This document shows positions 1 to 13,148 of a stretch of 64,000 nucleotides of DNA, piece after piece. The DNA comes from Octopus sinensis. Taxonomy: Eukaryota. The stretch is from contig NC_042998.1 of NCBI RefSeq assembly GCF_006345805.1, forward strand, positions 101,370,001 through 101,434,000. The letters are read 5' to 3'. Within the stretch, counting starts at the first letter, position 1, and each line of letters starts with the position of its first letter. The notes beneath the pieces are model-generated. The model was given only the letters and a program-made list of their open reading frames with translations. It made no database searches and was not told where the DNA came from. The position numbers and the translations under genes are program-made.

Positions 1-89
1 CCGAAATCTACCGGTAAATAATTGTTGGTTGTCTGAAAAACCATCGAAGAAATTATTACCTTATTATTATTATACCCTTATTATTATAT

Positions 90-173
<84 letters not shown>

Positions 174-175
174 AA

Positions 176-651
176 GGCGCAGGAGTGCTGTGTAGTAAGT
201 AGCTTGCTTACCAACCACATGGTTCCGGGTTGAGTTCCACTGCGTGGAACTTTGGGCAAGTGTCTTCTACTATACTCTCGGGCCGCCCAAAGCCTTGTGA
301 GTGGATTTGGTAGACGGAAACTGAAAGAAGCCCTTCGTATATATATATGTATATGTTTGTGTGTCTGTGTGTGTCGCCCCCACCCCGAGAGACTGATAGA
401 TTGAGTACTAGGATTGCAAAGAATAAGTCATGGTGTCGACTTGCTTGACTAAAGGTGGTGCTGCAGCATTACAACTGTCAAATAACTGAAACAAATATAA
501 GGAAAGATATACTTAGCGGTTCGGCAAAAGAGACCGATAGAATAAGTACTGGGCTTACAAAAGAATAAGTCCCGGGGTCGGTTTGCTCGATTAAAGGCGG
601 TGCTCCAGCATGGCCACAGTCAAATGACTGAAACAAGTAAAAGAGTAAAGA
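176..651 (+). mobile_element. tRNA-derived SINE, family A (octopus CORE-like type) with internal microsatellite and a duplicated 3' module
   Basis: Degenerate A-box and B-box-like GGTTGAGTTCC head, then ...TTGGGCAAGTGTCTTCTACTATA...GTAGACGGAAACTGAAAGAAGCCC. Body is shared with about 9 other copies in the window. Confidence 0.85.
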
Positions 652-729
652 GTATATATATATATTGTGACTGTGTTAGTTTATAAATGTTTATGGGACC
701 GTCTATATATAGCTATCTAAATATGTCCA

Positions 730-761
<32 letters not shown>

Positions 762-1495
762 TACACGCGCACGTTTGTACTGCGTGTCTGTGATAATTTT
801 CAAATGTTTCTTTTCATGTATATCTATGTTGCTAAATGTATAAAAATAAGCTACATATTCAATATCATTTGATATGAAACGTGTGATATAATGTACAGAA
901 ACTTAATGTTTTGTCTAATTTCATGCAGACGTTCGTATATAAAGCCAAACTTACTTATCTCTTCATACAAACACTCATACACTTATGTACACATATTTGA
1001 TAATATGAGTATTACAAATACTTGATGTTCATTTCCTTGACAGGCGTAATGGCCTATTGAATTGAACAGCACGCTATATCTATAATTATAGCAACATGCT
1101 TGTAGGATGGTTGGTGATTATTTTCTGTCTGTTAATACTTACTTTGTCTTGGAGATTACAATTTGGAATCGACATTAAGAGCAATCTTTTAACAGTCCGT
1201 CTTTTCGTGTAATTGCCAGATATAACAACATGAATTATCTAAACGTTAATATGCTGAACCTTAACCTATGGTTTAGCAGAGAGAGAAAAGAGAGAGAGAA
1301 AAAGAGAGAGAGAGAGAGAGGGGGAGAGAGAGATAAGAGAGAAGGAAAGAGAGCACCACGTAGAGTGTGGTTCTCAAAAATATTTTGCCTATGGACTCCT
1401 TTGATTCCACTTTTATTCGGGTGTACTCACATAGTCATTCAATGTCTAAAAAATCCTATTATATTTTAATAATTGTATAAAAATTTTTTAGAAGA

Positions 1496-1624
1496 GAGGC
1501 TGTGTTCCGGGTTCAGTCCCACTTCGCCGCATCTTGGGCACATGTCTTCTACTACTACTATAGCCTCGGGCCGATAAAAGCCTATTTGTTGGAGTTGGTA
1601 AACGGAAACTAAAAGAAGCTCGTC

Positions 1625-1626
<2 letters not shown>
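1496..1626 (+). mobile_element. SINE family A, 5' fragment
   Basis: GTTCCGGGTTCAGTCCCAC...TTGGGCACATGTCTTCTACT...GGAAACTAAAAGAAGC matches 176-340. Confidence 0.8.
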
Positions 1627-1704
<78 letters not shown>

Positions 1705-1730
1705 ATATATATATATATATATGTGTGTGT

Positions 1731-1769
<39 letters not shown>

Positions 1770-1800
1770 AATGTATAAATACATTTTAAAAAATTTCTCT

Positions 1801-2150
1801 TTCTGGTTTCAGGCATTGAACTGCGGTCGTGTTGGGGCTCCGGTTTGAAGGGTTAATAGTGAGACAAATCGAGCCAGTACTAATATTTTTTAAAGGTTGG
1901 GACTTATTCTATTGGTTTCTTTTGCTGAAACTCTAAGCTATTGAGACTTAATTCACCCAACACCGGTTGTCAATGGGGATGGAAGGGACAGACACAGTCA
2001 CACACATATGTGCTTGCCTACCATATTCGCACACAAAGCATTGGTCGTCTCGGGTCTATAGTAGAAGGCACTTGCCCAAGGTATTGTGCTGTGGAACTGA
2101 ATCTGAACCGACGTGTTTGTAAAGTGAGCTCCTGAACTAAACAGCCGTAT
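1801..2150 (-). mobile_element. SINE family A, diverged copy
   Basis: Reverse-complement similarity to family A (CTATAGTAGAAGGCACTTGCCCAAGGT; TTTCAGGCATTGAACTGCGG). Confidence 0.7.
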
Positions 2151-4439
2151 ATGCACCAATTACACGTTGTCAGTCAATTACTTCATGACAGATACAATAT
2201 AGAGTTTCGTTGTCTCAAGTTTAGTGCCACAAACATGTGGCCACATGAGCAACGTTATAATACTGTTTTACGAGGATATCAGTATTAAGGGTTTGTTTTA
2301 ATAATATCACGTGTGAAGTAATGCTCGTATGACAACAATCCGTGAGAAAATGCTACAGCGATTGTTACATATACATACATTCCTAGAAGGAGTGTCAGAC
2401 ACAGATCGTCTCAAAGAAAGGGTTAGAAACATCCATTCAGTCTATGTGAAATGGTTAAGTTGAAGGTATTTAAATAATTGCATAAGCAAGTCTCGAGTGT
2501 TCAAGCCATTGTGTTCTGGTAAAACAAAAAATATTTAATCTTGATTCGCAATAAAGACAGTAATAGTTCGTCAGGGAATACTTAACCTAAAACGAAATCC
2601 TATCGATCGTTTCTCGTTGCCTTCGACTATGGTAGTTACTGTCTGCACAGAATATACACATAGGCTTTCGTGACCACACCCACACACCACCCACACTCAC
2701 ACCCACAAATATGTATATATATACAATAACATATATGGTAATATATATATATTTCTCTCTCTCTCTTCTCGTGTGTATATATATATATTATATATATATA
2801 TATATGTATATATATTGTCTGACCTTATTTGTCCCCCTCGGTGTAGCCTCTTGGGTAGTAAAGAAATATATATAATATTATATATTATATATATATAATA
2901 TATATATATATATATAATATATATATATATAATATATATATATATATTACACACGCACACATATATGTATGTATATGTGTGCTCACGCATTGTGCATGCA
3001 CGTGTATGTGTTGGATAGGGAGAGAGAGAAAGAAAGAGAGAAGGGGCGACAAAGCACAGACTTTACTATTAATAAAATATAAAGAACGTTAAACATTGGC
3101 CCATAGCCAAGTCATACATTTTGGGATATCGCACAGTCGATTAAATCGATTTGAACGAATAATTCAAACTGACGAAACTAAACACCACAAGTCGTTTTGT
3201 CTGGCGATCTATTAATTTTACAATGAACCACCTTCAATAAAACAGTAATAACAATAACGTCTTATAGACATTTCAGATGTCGTGGAATCATCTTTGAACA
3301 TTTTATTAGGTCTAGGATTTCTAATCCTGCCCGAGTTTCAGTATCTTTCGTTCTTGTAAGATCAATTAAATAAGTATCGGTAAAGAAGTGCTGGTGTCGA
3401 TGTAACTGGCTATAATCTAGAAAGCCATGTCTCAGTACAAACCTCATTATAACTATTTATCTTACGACCCTATACTTGAACTAGATTGTTATAAATCCTC
3501 TGGCACTGTGTCCAGAGTAATGTAGTATTGATCTTTCTCAGTTACATATAGAATAACGAAATATACGAAATATAGAACGAGATATAAACTTACGAAATAT
3601 AGATCGAAATATACGAAATATAGAACGAAATATAAATAACGAAAATAATTGATTATAATGATCGGTTGAGTCTCATTTTCAATTTCTTTAGGGGCCATCA
3701 ACGAAAAACAAAATGAAAATGAAAACAATCAACGAACCTAGACTGTTTTTAACATAGATAAGGTAAGAGGTGGTAAAGAAAAGGAAATCCTAGTAAGAGT
3801 TATCCGTTATTGTTTGTTGTGTTGACCTCGTGAGTCATGAACCCCAGGTTTCGGTAGTATGGATTTATTGAATCCAAGTGAAGCAAAATATTTGTGTTCT
3901 CCTTGTCATCTTGAACATCTTGTATATCACAGTCATCAAGAGCCGTTAACTCTAACATTTGCAAGATTTCAGATTAATAGTCAGCATGGCTCAACTCCAC
4001 TCTCCAGGAAAAAACAGCTCCTTTTCAGCGATGTGAACGGGAGAAAATGAACTGATAAGCCTAGCCTAAGGACACACTTTGCTGCTCTATCTGTAAATGG
4101 AACTCACTACGTTGCACTCGAGAATCTAACAACCAAATCATTAAGACACGTACTTTCATATTCTTGTCATATGCTTTGGTTGAGAGTCAGTGCCGATGTT
4201 TTAAAAATTCTAGCGTGTATGTTCCATAAAAGAAATTGCACAAGCTTAAGAATATATAATATTACTGAATGAAGAATACAAATATATTCTGGAATTGTAC
4301 ATATGATATGTATTTGTTATTTTAACTTGGACTACAACCAAATTTTCTTCGTATATATGATAATGACTATACAATTGAATATCGCTTTTATTGAATTATC
4401 CACGCTCATTAGACATTGAAAGTATTTTCACTACTGGTC

Positions 4440-4610
4440 CTCTCTAACATCAAATGAATAAGTCTCATTAACTTTCGCTACTTCCTCCAGTCTATCGCAC
4501 CCGCTTACCTTTACATATTCTTTCAAACATGAAGAAACTACTTCATAAATTGATTCTGTAACGTGTCTCCTAAGTGACTTACCAATTCCCGAGCCACAAA
4601 TGTATTCATA
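4440..4610 (-). pseudogene. Possible PIF/Harbinger transposase fragment
   Basis: Minus-strand peptide GIGKSLRRHVTESIYEVVSSCLKEYVKVSGCDRLEEVAK resembles the Harbinger helix region (IGKST...E.IYEVL..EY.K). By-eye similarity only. Confidence 0.3.
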
Positions 4611-4747
4611 CGTAAAGTAGCTTGAGAGATAAATAGATAGATACATGCATACATAATCATGCGCACAGAATGGCAAACATACATGCATACATATATATTA
4701 CATACATACATACATACATACATACAAACATAAATACATATACATAC

Positions 4748-4799
<52 letters not shown>

Positions 4800-4895
4800 A
4801 TATATGTTTTTATGTGCATGGTATATATTTATACGTATATATGGACGTGTGCGAGTGCATAGATGTGTATATGTATATTTATATAGAAATATGTT

Positions 4896-4946
<51 letters not shown>

Positions 4947-5838
4947 CATAGTTAATCCAAACAAGAAAGCACAAAAAAACACAACGCGAGGACGTGGAAC
5001 AAATATAGTATTATTGGACGCTCAGGAAAGAAGAAAGAATCCAGAAGGGAGAGAAGAAGAAGAGGAAAAAAATCGCCAACGGTACACACGCGGCCACATT
5101 TATATATATGTATATTTATATATATATATATTATATTATAATATATATGTATGTATTTTAGAGTGTACTGGAAAACAAGGCATGTCACTAAATGGTTTAA
5201 GCTGTTCCGCACTCTATGCTTATAACCAACGTGGTTTGAAAGTAACCATCACATCTCCGGGGAGACTAGTGTGGGGAATTTGGACCGTATTGTATAGCAA
5301 TAATAGCACAGAAAAAGGAAATTGTTGTTTTTCACCTTTATATAACACATGTTTACTCCCAAGCCGATTGACGCATTTGCCCAACCGTTGTGTCACCTTA
5401 CTTGGTATGTACAATAAAAAAGACACAGACGTTTGTTGCATGAATTTATCTGTCTCTCTCTCTCACACATACATACACATATATATTCTTGTATTCTTTT
5501 ACACGTTTCAGTTATGCAGCTGCGGTTGTGCTGGAACCCCACCGTGAATCTGTTCCCTTTCCATAAGCCCTCTTTTATAGTCGGTTTCCTCTAAGACGTG
5601 GGATTTCATATCACTTTTGAGCCTTGTTCATGATAATCAGCTTTGTTCCTCATTTGCTGAATGAGTAGGTTTGACACTACCACCCTTGACTGTACTTCCT
5701 GCTGGGACGTTAGCTCGTCTGGCGTTTTGGATAGAAGAATGTCGATTCCGATTCGAAACACACACACACACACACACAAACATACACATAACGCATACAT
5801 ATGTCGTTTATATACGTGTGTAATTTATATTTATTGCG

Positions 5839-5939
5839 CCGGTTATAGTAGAAAGCACTAGCATAAGTTGGCGCGCTGTTGGATTGAACCCGAAACTACG
5901 CGGCTGCAAAGCGAACTTCTTAACTAAACAGCCATACCT
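5839..5939 (-). mobile_element. SINE family A, degenerate 5' fragment
   Basis: TATAGTAGAAAGCAC...GGATTGAACCCGAAAC...TAAACAGCCATACC is similar to the reverse of the family A head. Confidence 0.6.
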
Positions 5940-6490
5940 ATTTTCTTAATAATTAAAAAAAAAACTTTAGATTTCAACTACTTTAGGATAAACTACTTCT
6001 ACTACTTTAGGATAAATCGATTATATCTATATTATTTTAAATTCTATATTCAACATTCTTCATTAGATAATTACAAAGATATAGGCAACAATTAATTTTA
6101 TTGCTTTAGAATATTTATTTATAGCTGATTTCATTTTAAGTATAACGTTAATGATAATGAAAACGACGCAAACTATTGACTGACTCACACCACTTATGTT
6201 ATTTTACTAATGTATGTATCTATTTTATTATTTCCTTCGTTTTATTAATTCAGTTTCTTATGCATATTATTTACGTCATTTACACTTAATAATAGTCTCA
6301 ATTCGATAACATTGGCAGGTCTCTAGTTGTGTATACTTTTCCCCTCAAACAAAGTAATCATATTGCTCTTCGTATTTTTACATATATATTAACCTTTCTA
6401 GACACAACACTAAGGCTACTATCCATTTATTCCCCTCTGAGAAGCGTTACAAACTAATGTTTCATGGCTTAATTGTAAACAATTGTATGT

Positions 6491-6765
6491 TCAGCTATAA
6501 GCCCAGGCTCCGCTGCTCGTCAGGTTGAGAAAAGTAAATTGTTAAAATATCGGCCGCTCTCTGACAGATTGAGGGTCGAGGCTGTGGCAGTGGAGACCTC
6601 TCGCCTTCTCGGCCCCCTGGCCATATCCCTGCTCACCACTACCGTGGCGGAAATGGCTGTCCGTAAGTGCGATCCCCTCGCTATCCTCCGAGACAAAGCC
6701 TTTTCCACTTTGTTTGCTGGGACCATGAGGTGGACTGAGTTACAGGAAATCGAGAGAATGTAAAA
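6491..6765 (+). pseudogene. C-terminal restriction-like endonuclease (RLE) region of a CRE-like non-LTR retrotransposon
   Basis: Translation SAISPGSAARQVEKSKLLKYRPLSDRLRVEAVAVETSRLLGPLAISLL fits the RLE tail pattern A.PG.AA..AE..K..KY..L...F.PVA.ET.G..G. Confidence 0.65.
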
Positions 6766-6816
6766 ATTTCGTAGGTCACTACCCGTAGTTGGTCTTTATA
6801 TAATTGACATTTCTCT

Positions 6817-7186
6817 CCAGTGGTTAGGGCAGCAGACTCGCGGTCATAGGATCGCGGTTTCGATTCCCAGACCGGGCGTTGTGAGTGTTTATTGAGTGAA
6901 AACACCTAAAGCTCCACGAGGCTCCGGCAGGGGTGTGTGGCGATCCCTGCTGTACTCTTTCACCACAACTTTCTCTCACTCTTACTTCCTGTTTCTGTTG
7001 TACCTGTATTTCAAAGGACCGGCCTTGTCACTCTCTGTGTCACGCTGAATATCCCCGAGAACTACGTTAAGGGTAAACGTGTCTGTGGAGTGCTCAGCCA
7101 CTTACACGTTAATTTCACGAGCAGGCTGTTCCGTTGATTCGGATCAACCGGGACCCTCGTCGTCGTAACCGACGGAGTGCTTCCAT
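6817..7186 (+). mobile_element. tRNA-derived SINE family B, variant with a different 3' half
   Basis: CCAGTGGTTAGGGCAGCAGACTCGCGGTC...GGTTTCGATTCCC is near-identical to 7881 and 27277 up to ...CTCTCACTCT, after which it diverges. Confidence 0.85.
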
Positions 7187-7683
7187 CCTGTTACTAAACA
7201 CTTGACTCCTAAATCCCACAATCTCCAGCAATCCTACTAATTCTAAACCCACTGCATCTTACCTACCTACCTACCTGCCTACCTACCTACCTACCAACCT
7301 ACATTCATACACACATGCATACATACATATATACAAACATACATATATACATGCATGCATACATAAATACACATAAACCTAGACTTCCGTTATTATAGAT
7401 CTCACAGACGACATAAAAAGAGAATGAAGCGCGACGAATGTCATTAAAGACACCATTTTAATAAACAAATATTTGGCACAATGGTACAAGGTAAGGGTGC
7501 ACCTTTGATGCAAGTCTGATGAAGCGCCACATTAATGCCTAAAACCGCGAACTTTACGTAAAATTTCACTTCGAATGTTTTCGTAAACTGGGATTACAAT
7601 CAGTGTTGGTACAGAAACAATTGAAACGAAATTTTAAAGATGTGTTATAGGATTTCTTTGTCTTATTATTTGCAATTTACTCT

Positions 7684-7741
<58 letters not shown>

Positions 7742-7745
7742 TGTG

Positions 7746-7791
<46 letters not shown>

Positions 7792-7830
7792 GTGTGTGTA
7801 TATATATGTGTGTGTGTGTGTATATATATA

Positions 7831-7875
<45 letters not shown>

Positions 7876-7880
7876 GAATA

Positions 7881-8175
7881 TGTGGAGGCGCAAAGGCCCA
7901 GTGGTTAGGGCAGTGGACTCGCGGTCGTAGGATCGCGGTTTCAATTCACAGACCGGGCGTTGTGAGTGTTTATTGAGCGAAAACGCCTAAAGCTACACGA
8001 GGCTCCGGCAGGGGTGTGTGGCGATCCCTGCTGTACTCTTTCGCCACAACTTTCTCTCACTCTTTCTTCTGTTGGCCTGCTCGCTTAGCCAGAGAGATGG
8101 CGTCATTTGAAGGCTAAAACAATGCGAAACGCATTGTGACCAGCGATGTGTGGCAACATCTGATAGCCTGGTCGG
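7881..8175 (+). mobile_element. tRNA-derived SINE family B
   Basis: A-box-like GGCCCAGTGG and B-box GGTTTCAATTC. About 290 bp, near-identical to 27277-27572. Confidence 0.9.
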
Positions 8176-8427
8176 AAAGTATAACATATAATCGTAAAAG
8201 CAAAGGGTATCAATCTAAAGAAGAGTATTTGCTTCTCTCAAAGTGCGAAAAAGAATATGTGTGAGAATAACATCTATATTTTAAAGAGGATTGAGGTAAT
8301 CCTTACTATACATTGCTAAAATCTACGAAAATTAAAGTCTACGAAACATTTTCTGTTATCCATGTAGCTAAATTTATGGAAATACGGGTCCACATGTTTA
8401 TACTCGTGCGCGTGTATTTATCCCTTT

Positions 8428-8485
<58 letters not shown>

Positions 8486-8529
8486 TTTTATATATACTTT
8501 ATTTAAAGCAGCAGAAAATTCAACAAAAT

Positions 8530-8567
8530 CTGTTACTCTGAGTTTCTCGTTGCCGTTCATCAGACAG
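8530..8567 (-). ncRNA. Minimal type I hammerhead ribozyme motif in a (TA)n-embedded Penelope-like repeat
   Basis: Minus strand CTGT-CTGATGA-ACG GCAA CGA-GAA-ACT CAG AGT-A-ACAG. Core intact, 4-bp stem I and 3-bp stem III; the stem II closing pair is an A-A mismatch. Confidence 0.65.
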
Positions 8568-8577
8568 TTTTGCTAGA

Positions 8578-8579
<2 letters not shown>

Positions 8580-8632
<53 letters not shown>

Positions 8633-8773
8633 ATATATATCTATATATATATAAATATATATATAAATATATAGATATAGTATATATATATATATAAATA
8701 AATAAATATATATAATATATATATATAAATAATATATATATATATATATATTATATATATAAATATATATAAT

Positions 8774-8827
<54 letters not shown>

Positions 8828-8925
8828 TATATATATATAATATATATATATATATAAATAAATATATATATATATATATAAATATATATATAAATATTAT
8901 ATATATATATATATATATAAATATA

Positions 8926-8982
<57 letters not shown>

Positions 8983-9000
8983 ATATATATATATATAATA
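8580..9000. repeat. Interrupted (TA)n microsatellite
   Basis: Direct observation. Confidence 0.95.
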
Positions 9001-9550
9001 TATGGTATTTATACATGGTATATCATAGCATATTTTATTAAGAATAGTAGAGTACAGTAAAAGTTCATCAAGCTTCAGATTTCACCCTGTGTTATCCAGT
9101 AGTAGTATAATACATACTTCCAGGTTTGCGTTTGAGCAGCAGTCGTGTGTTAATAGATAATTGAAAAAAATTGGAGTCAATAAGAAGGAGTACATTTAGA
9201 CATTCATGTTCACCCACTACAATTGTTTCTATGCAACATTAGTTTTCCAGGCGTACAAGTACTTGATTATGCAACAGTCTCCCTGCATTATGGGACCTTA
9301 TTGTTTTTCCTCAGGCTATATGTAATATATACATATAAATATATATATATGTATATACATACATATATATATATAGATATATATATATATATATAATATA
9401 TATAATATATATATATAACTAAATCTAGAAGAGCGACGGTGACATCAAATGTTGCCATAAAGACCTTCATCCCACTGTATCCGTGCGCTTGTTTTTACTT
9501 ACTACCTCGTGCGCGCGCGCATACACACATACTTCCTTTAGTATATATAT

Positions 9551-9599
9551 ACTACTTGATAAATTCTTATAAAGATTTTATCCTATTTTCATTATATAT

Positions 9600-9636
<37 letters not shown>

Positions 9637-9835
9637 TATATATTATTTGAAAAATAGGATAAAAATCTTTATAAGAATTTATCAAGTATTTAGCGTGAAA
9701 AATCTCATAAGGGAAAAATCCATCAATTTTTCCTCCTAAATATATTTACTTATATTAAGGACATTACTATACATATATGTCTCATGCTAGGAGGGACTTT
9801 TAAAGTCAAAACTACCATAGTAAATAAACACATTT
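9551..9835. repeat. (TA)n-associated interspersed repeat, Penelope-terminal-repeat-like, with inverted arms
   Basis: GAAAAATAGGATAAAATC..ATAAGAATTTATCAAGTAGTTAGCGTGAA occurs at about 9648, 10047 and 50893; its reverse complement is at 9551-9590. Confidence 0.7.
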
Positions 9836-11105
9836 TACCGAATTCGAGGGAATGCAACTCTCGAAGCGTGCATTTTAGAAACAGAATTCAGCTGCATATC
9901 ATGATTTCATAATTAGTGCACAAAATGGACTTTTTAATCTTCAGTGCAAGCATAATTCAAGATACATAAAATGAGCAAAATTCAACATACCAGACGATAT
10001 TCGGAATAAAATTCATCACTGAATATATTCCGGTTAAATTTACAATTGAAAAATAGGATAAAATCTTTATAAGAATTTATCAAGTAGTTAGCGTGAAAAA
10101 CCTCATAATGGAAAAATCCCTCAAGTATATATATATATAATCCCTACACTCTGCTTAAACGAGTGACTTGCTTGAAAAGTGAAGTGGGACACTTGTCTCT
10201 AATTGACCACTGTGATACCGTTAGAGATATCAAAGAATTCTCCCTTATTCTTCTGTGTACAAGGGGATAAGAAGAATACATATATGTTGGAGTAAAATGC
10301 GAGAACACTTTAGACTAAACTACTTGATATTCATACTTATACAGACTATTATCTCTCTGCTTTAGAGTTTTGCTAACTATATTGTGGTGTATTTCCATCT
10401 CATTTTCTCTGTGCATCTTTATATATGAGTATTTTGTGTGCGTATGTATGACGTTTCCTCGAAATTTATCTATTTATTCAAACATAACACAATTACAAAC
10501 ACATATGTAGACATATATATGTAAGTGTATATATTTACTCTCTCTCTCTTTCTCACACACACTCATACACAAACACTTATATATCAACATACATAAGCAC
10601 ATAGTGACATATCTATGTAGATGTACGTATAAGTTGTGTGTGTATGAATGAATTTTGCCTGAAATTTATCAACGACGATACACACAAAAACATATGCACA
10701 CATACTCTCACATCCATCCTTACATCAAGCCAGACACACATACACACACACATACGCACGCGCAGATATGTAAATATATATATATATATAGATAGATATA
10801 TGTATGTACTTTAGCATATATACATACACACTAATACGCATATATGCACATTTGTGTACGTATATGTATATATATGTATTTATATACATTCATATATCTT
10901 TATACACAAACATGCATGTATTTGTACATATATAAAGCCACACTCACACAACTATATTTGTGTATGCAAACATTTCTCATCCACTTAGAATAACAGATAT
11001 CCACTTCCATAATTATTGCCAGAATTCTTGTTATAGAATGAATGATATATTGACTTATATATACACACACAAAAATGTACGCTCTAAAATCATATATATA
11101 TATAG

Positions 11106-11176
<71 letters not shown>

Positions 11177-11187
11177 GTAGTATATAT

Positions 11188-11231
<44 letters not shown>

Positions 11232-11306
11232 CGTATATATATAATATATAAATATACATAAAATATATTAATACATACAGACACACAACACACACACATA
11301 TATATA

Positions 11307-11337
<31 letters not shown>

Positions 11338-11356
11338 TATATATATATATAATATA

Positions 11357-11401
<45 letters not shown>

Positions 11402-11793
11402 CATATATATATATATTATATATATATATATCTATATATAGATATATATATATATACAAATATGCATATAATGTATGTGTATATATATGCACGTATATGC
11501 ATAAATATGTAACTTTATACCTATACACGCGCACATATGTATATATATGTATGCATATGTATGCATTTTTACAGAATCATATATACCCCCACATAAACAC
11601 AGGTGCATGCACGTGTTTATTTATGAATTTAAGTATCTGTTTCCATATTAACACTCACATACACACAAACGCGCTCGCGCGTGACTGTACTTGTCATCTA
11701 CTTAGACTAGGAGATATCTACTTGGATGATTACCTTAAATCTTATTACTGAATGTATTATACTGACAAATACAAGGATACACATTCGTGCAGT

Positions 11794-11854
<61 letters not shown>

Positions 11855-12008
11855 ATGTATGTATGTATATGTATTATACCTATTGTATGCATTTACTGAT
11901 ACACACCTACTTGCATGTAGAAACATACGCTATCCACACAGGTATACATACATACACATAAACACAAACACATACACATATATGTATACTTGCATATATA
12001 TAATATAC

Positions 12009-12052
<44 letters not shown>

Positions 12053-12066
12053 ATATTATATATACA

Positions 12067-12113
<47 letters not shown>

Positions 12114-12124
12114 TACACACACAT

Positions 12125-12152
<28 letters not shown>

Positions 12153-12155
<3 letters not shown>

Positions 12156-12467
12156 AATATAAGAGAGTAATCACCATGTGGTCTGCTTTAGCACTAAAAA
12201 CAGATCCGCTGGGTTTCAGCCACATAAAAAATGTTTCCAATGAAAGTTAAAAGGTATATTATGTGAGTAAAATTACATAATTTATTAATTTATTAATAGC
12301 GAAACAATTGTCCCGAACTAATTTACATTTTTGTTATGTTTATTTGCCCTGTCTGCGCCAGTAGTTGTGCTAACTTTCATTGGAAACATTTTTTATGTGG
12401 CTGATACCCAGCGGATCTATTTTTAGTGCTAGAGTAGACCACATGGTGGTTACTCTCTTATATTTAT
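12153..12467. mobile_element. Fold-back element with about 95-bp inverted arms
   Basis: 12153-12249 is the reverse complement of 12371-12467 with few mismatches; TA-rich flanks. Confidence 0.85.
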
Positions 12468-12599
12468 GTATAAAATGTATCGTAATCCGGGTTTTATATG
12501 CACTAAGCCACTTGGTGTTAAATGGATGTTCTATTAAATTAGTATCCAACTTTCTCACCCTCATTAGTTGATTATATATATATAATATATATATATACA

Positions 12600-13148
12600 G
12601 GGAAAGTTCCCTGTGGAAACAATTTGCAAGATCGTCTGAAAGGATTAGAGACAAACACTTTCCTCTCTGGTCAATCTCTCATCAACTTCTTCAAGTATCA
12701 CTTGAAAAAGAAGGTGAGAGTAGAGAGGGAAGTTTTGTCTAGCGAACGTTTCAACAGAGATGGGTGAATGTAGCAAGGATGGTTCATGTGAATGATGGAG
12801 TCACCTTGATCATGATCGTATGAACCAGCAAAAGAAAAACAAAGGAAAAAAGAGAGTTACCTACTTCTAGATGTACTTATTGTGTGACATTGTTGTCCGA
12901 GGTTATCGTGGTCTTTTCGTATGTTTTTCTTCCCATGGATAAACCGCCCCGCTTTTGGGAACATTTTGTATTATTTCGAATTTTTGTATATCCCCTTCGA
13001 TTTCGATCCCTTTTTGATCGTTGTCCCTATTTTTATTTTTTAATTTTTGTTTGTTTTGGCCACCCTCGAAAAGAAACACTTTACAGTGTATTTGTCCCCT
13101 GTATATTCAGCCCTGTGTGGCCAATAAAGTTATCTATCTATCTATCAT
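12600..13148 (+). mobile_element. 5'-truncated LINE 3' end (probably L1/Tx1 clade): ORF2 C-terminus, 3' UTR, AATAAA and (TATC)n tail
   Basis: RLKGLETNTFLSGQSLINFFKYHLKKKVRVEREVLSSERFNR-WVNVARMVHVN...stop at 12821-12823 (one frameshift). T-rich UTR, AATAAA at 13123, then TTATCTATCTATCTATC. Confidence 0.55.

Noticed and set aside
4804-5547. 247-aa ORF, the longest in the track
   Set aside because: It is stitched across (TA)n tracts and a repeat fragment, with no recognisable domain.
5606-5800. Minus-strand peptide FRIGIDILLSKTPDELTSQQEVQSRVV
   Set aside because: No convincing splice sites or recognisable family; may be a decayed retroelement tail.
7512-7572. CTGATGA...GCG/CGC...GAAC...TTC-ACTT hammerhead-like stretch
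   Set aside because: GAAC instead of GAAA, and the stem III register cannot place an A15.1-U16.1 pair.
8580-9000. Irregular TAA/TTA interruptions in (TA)n arrays as a possible code
   Set aside because: Sporadic single-base indels, consistent with slippage or long-read consensus error; no periodicity seen.
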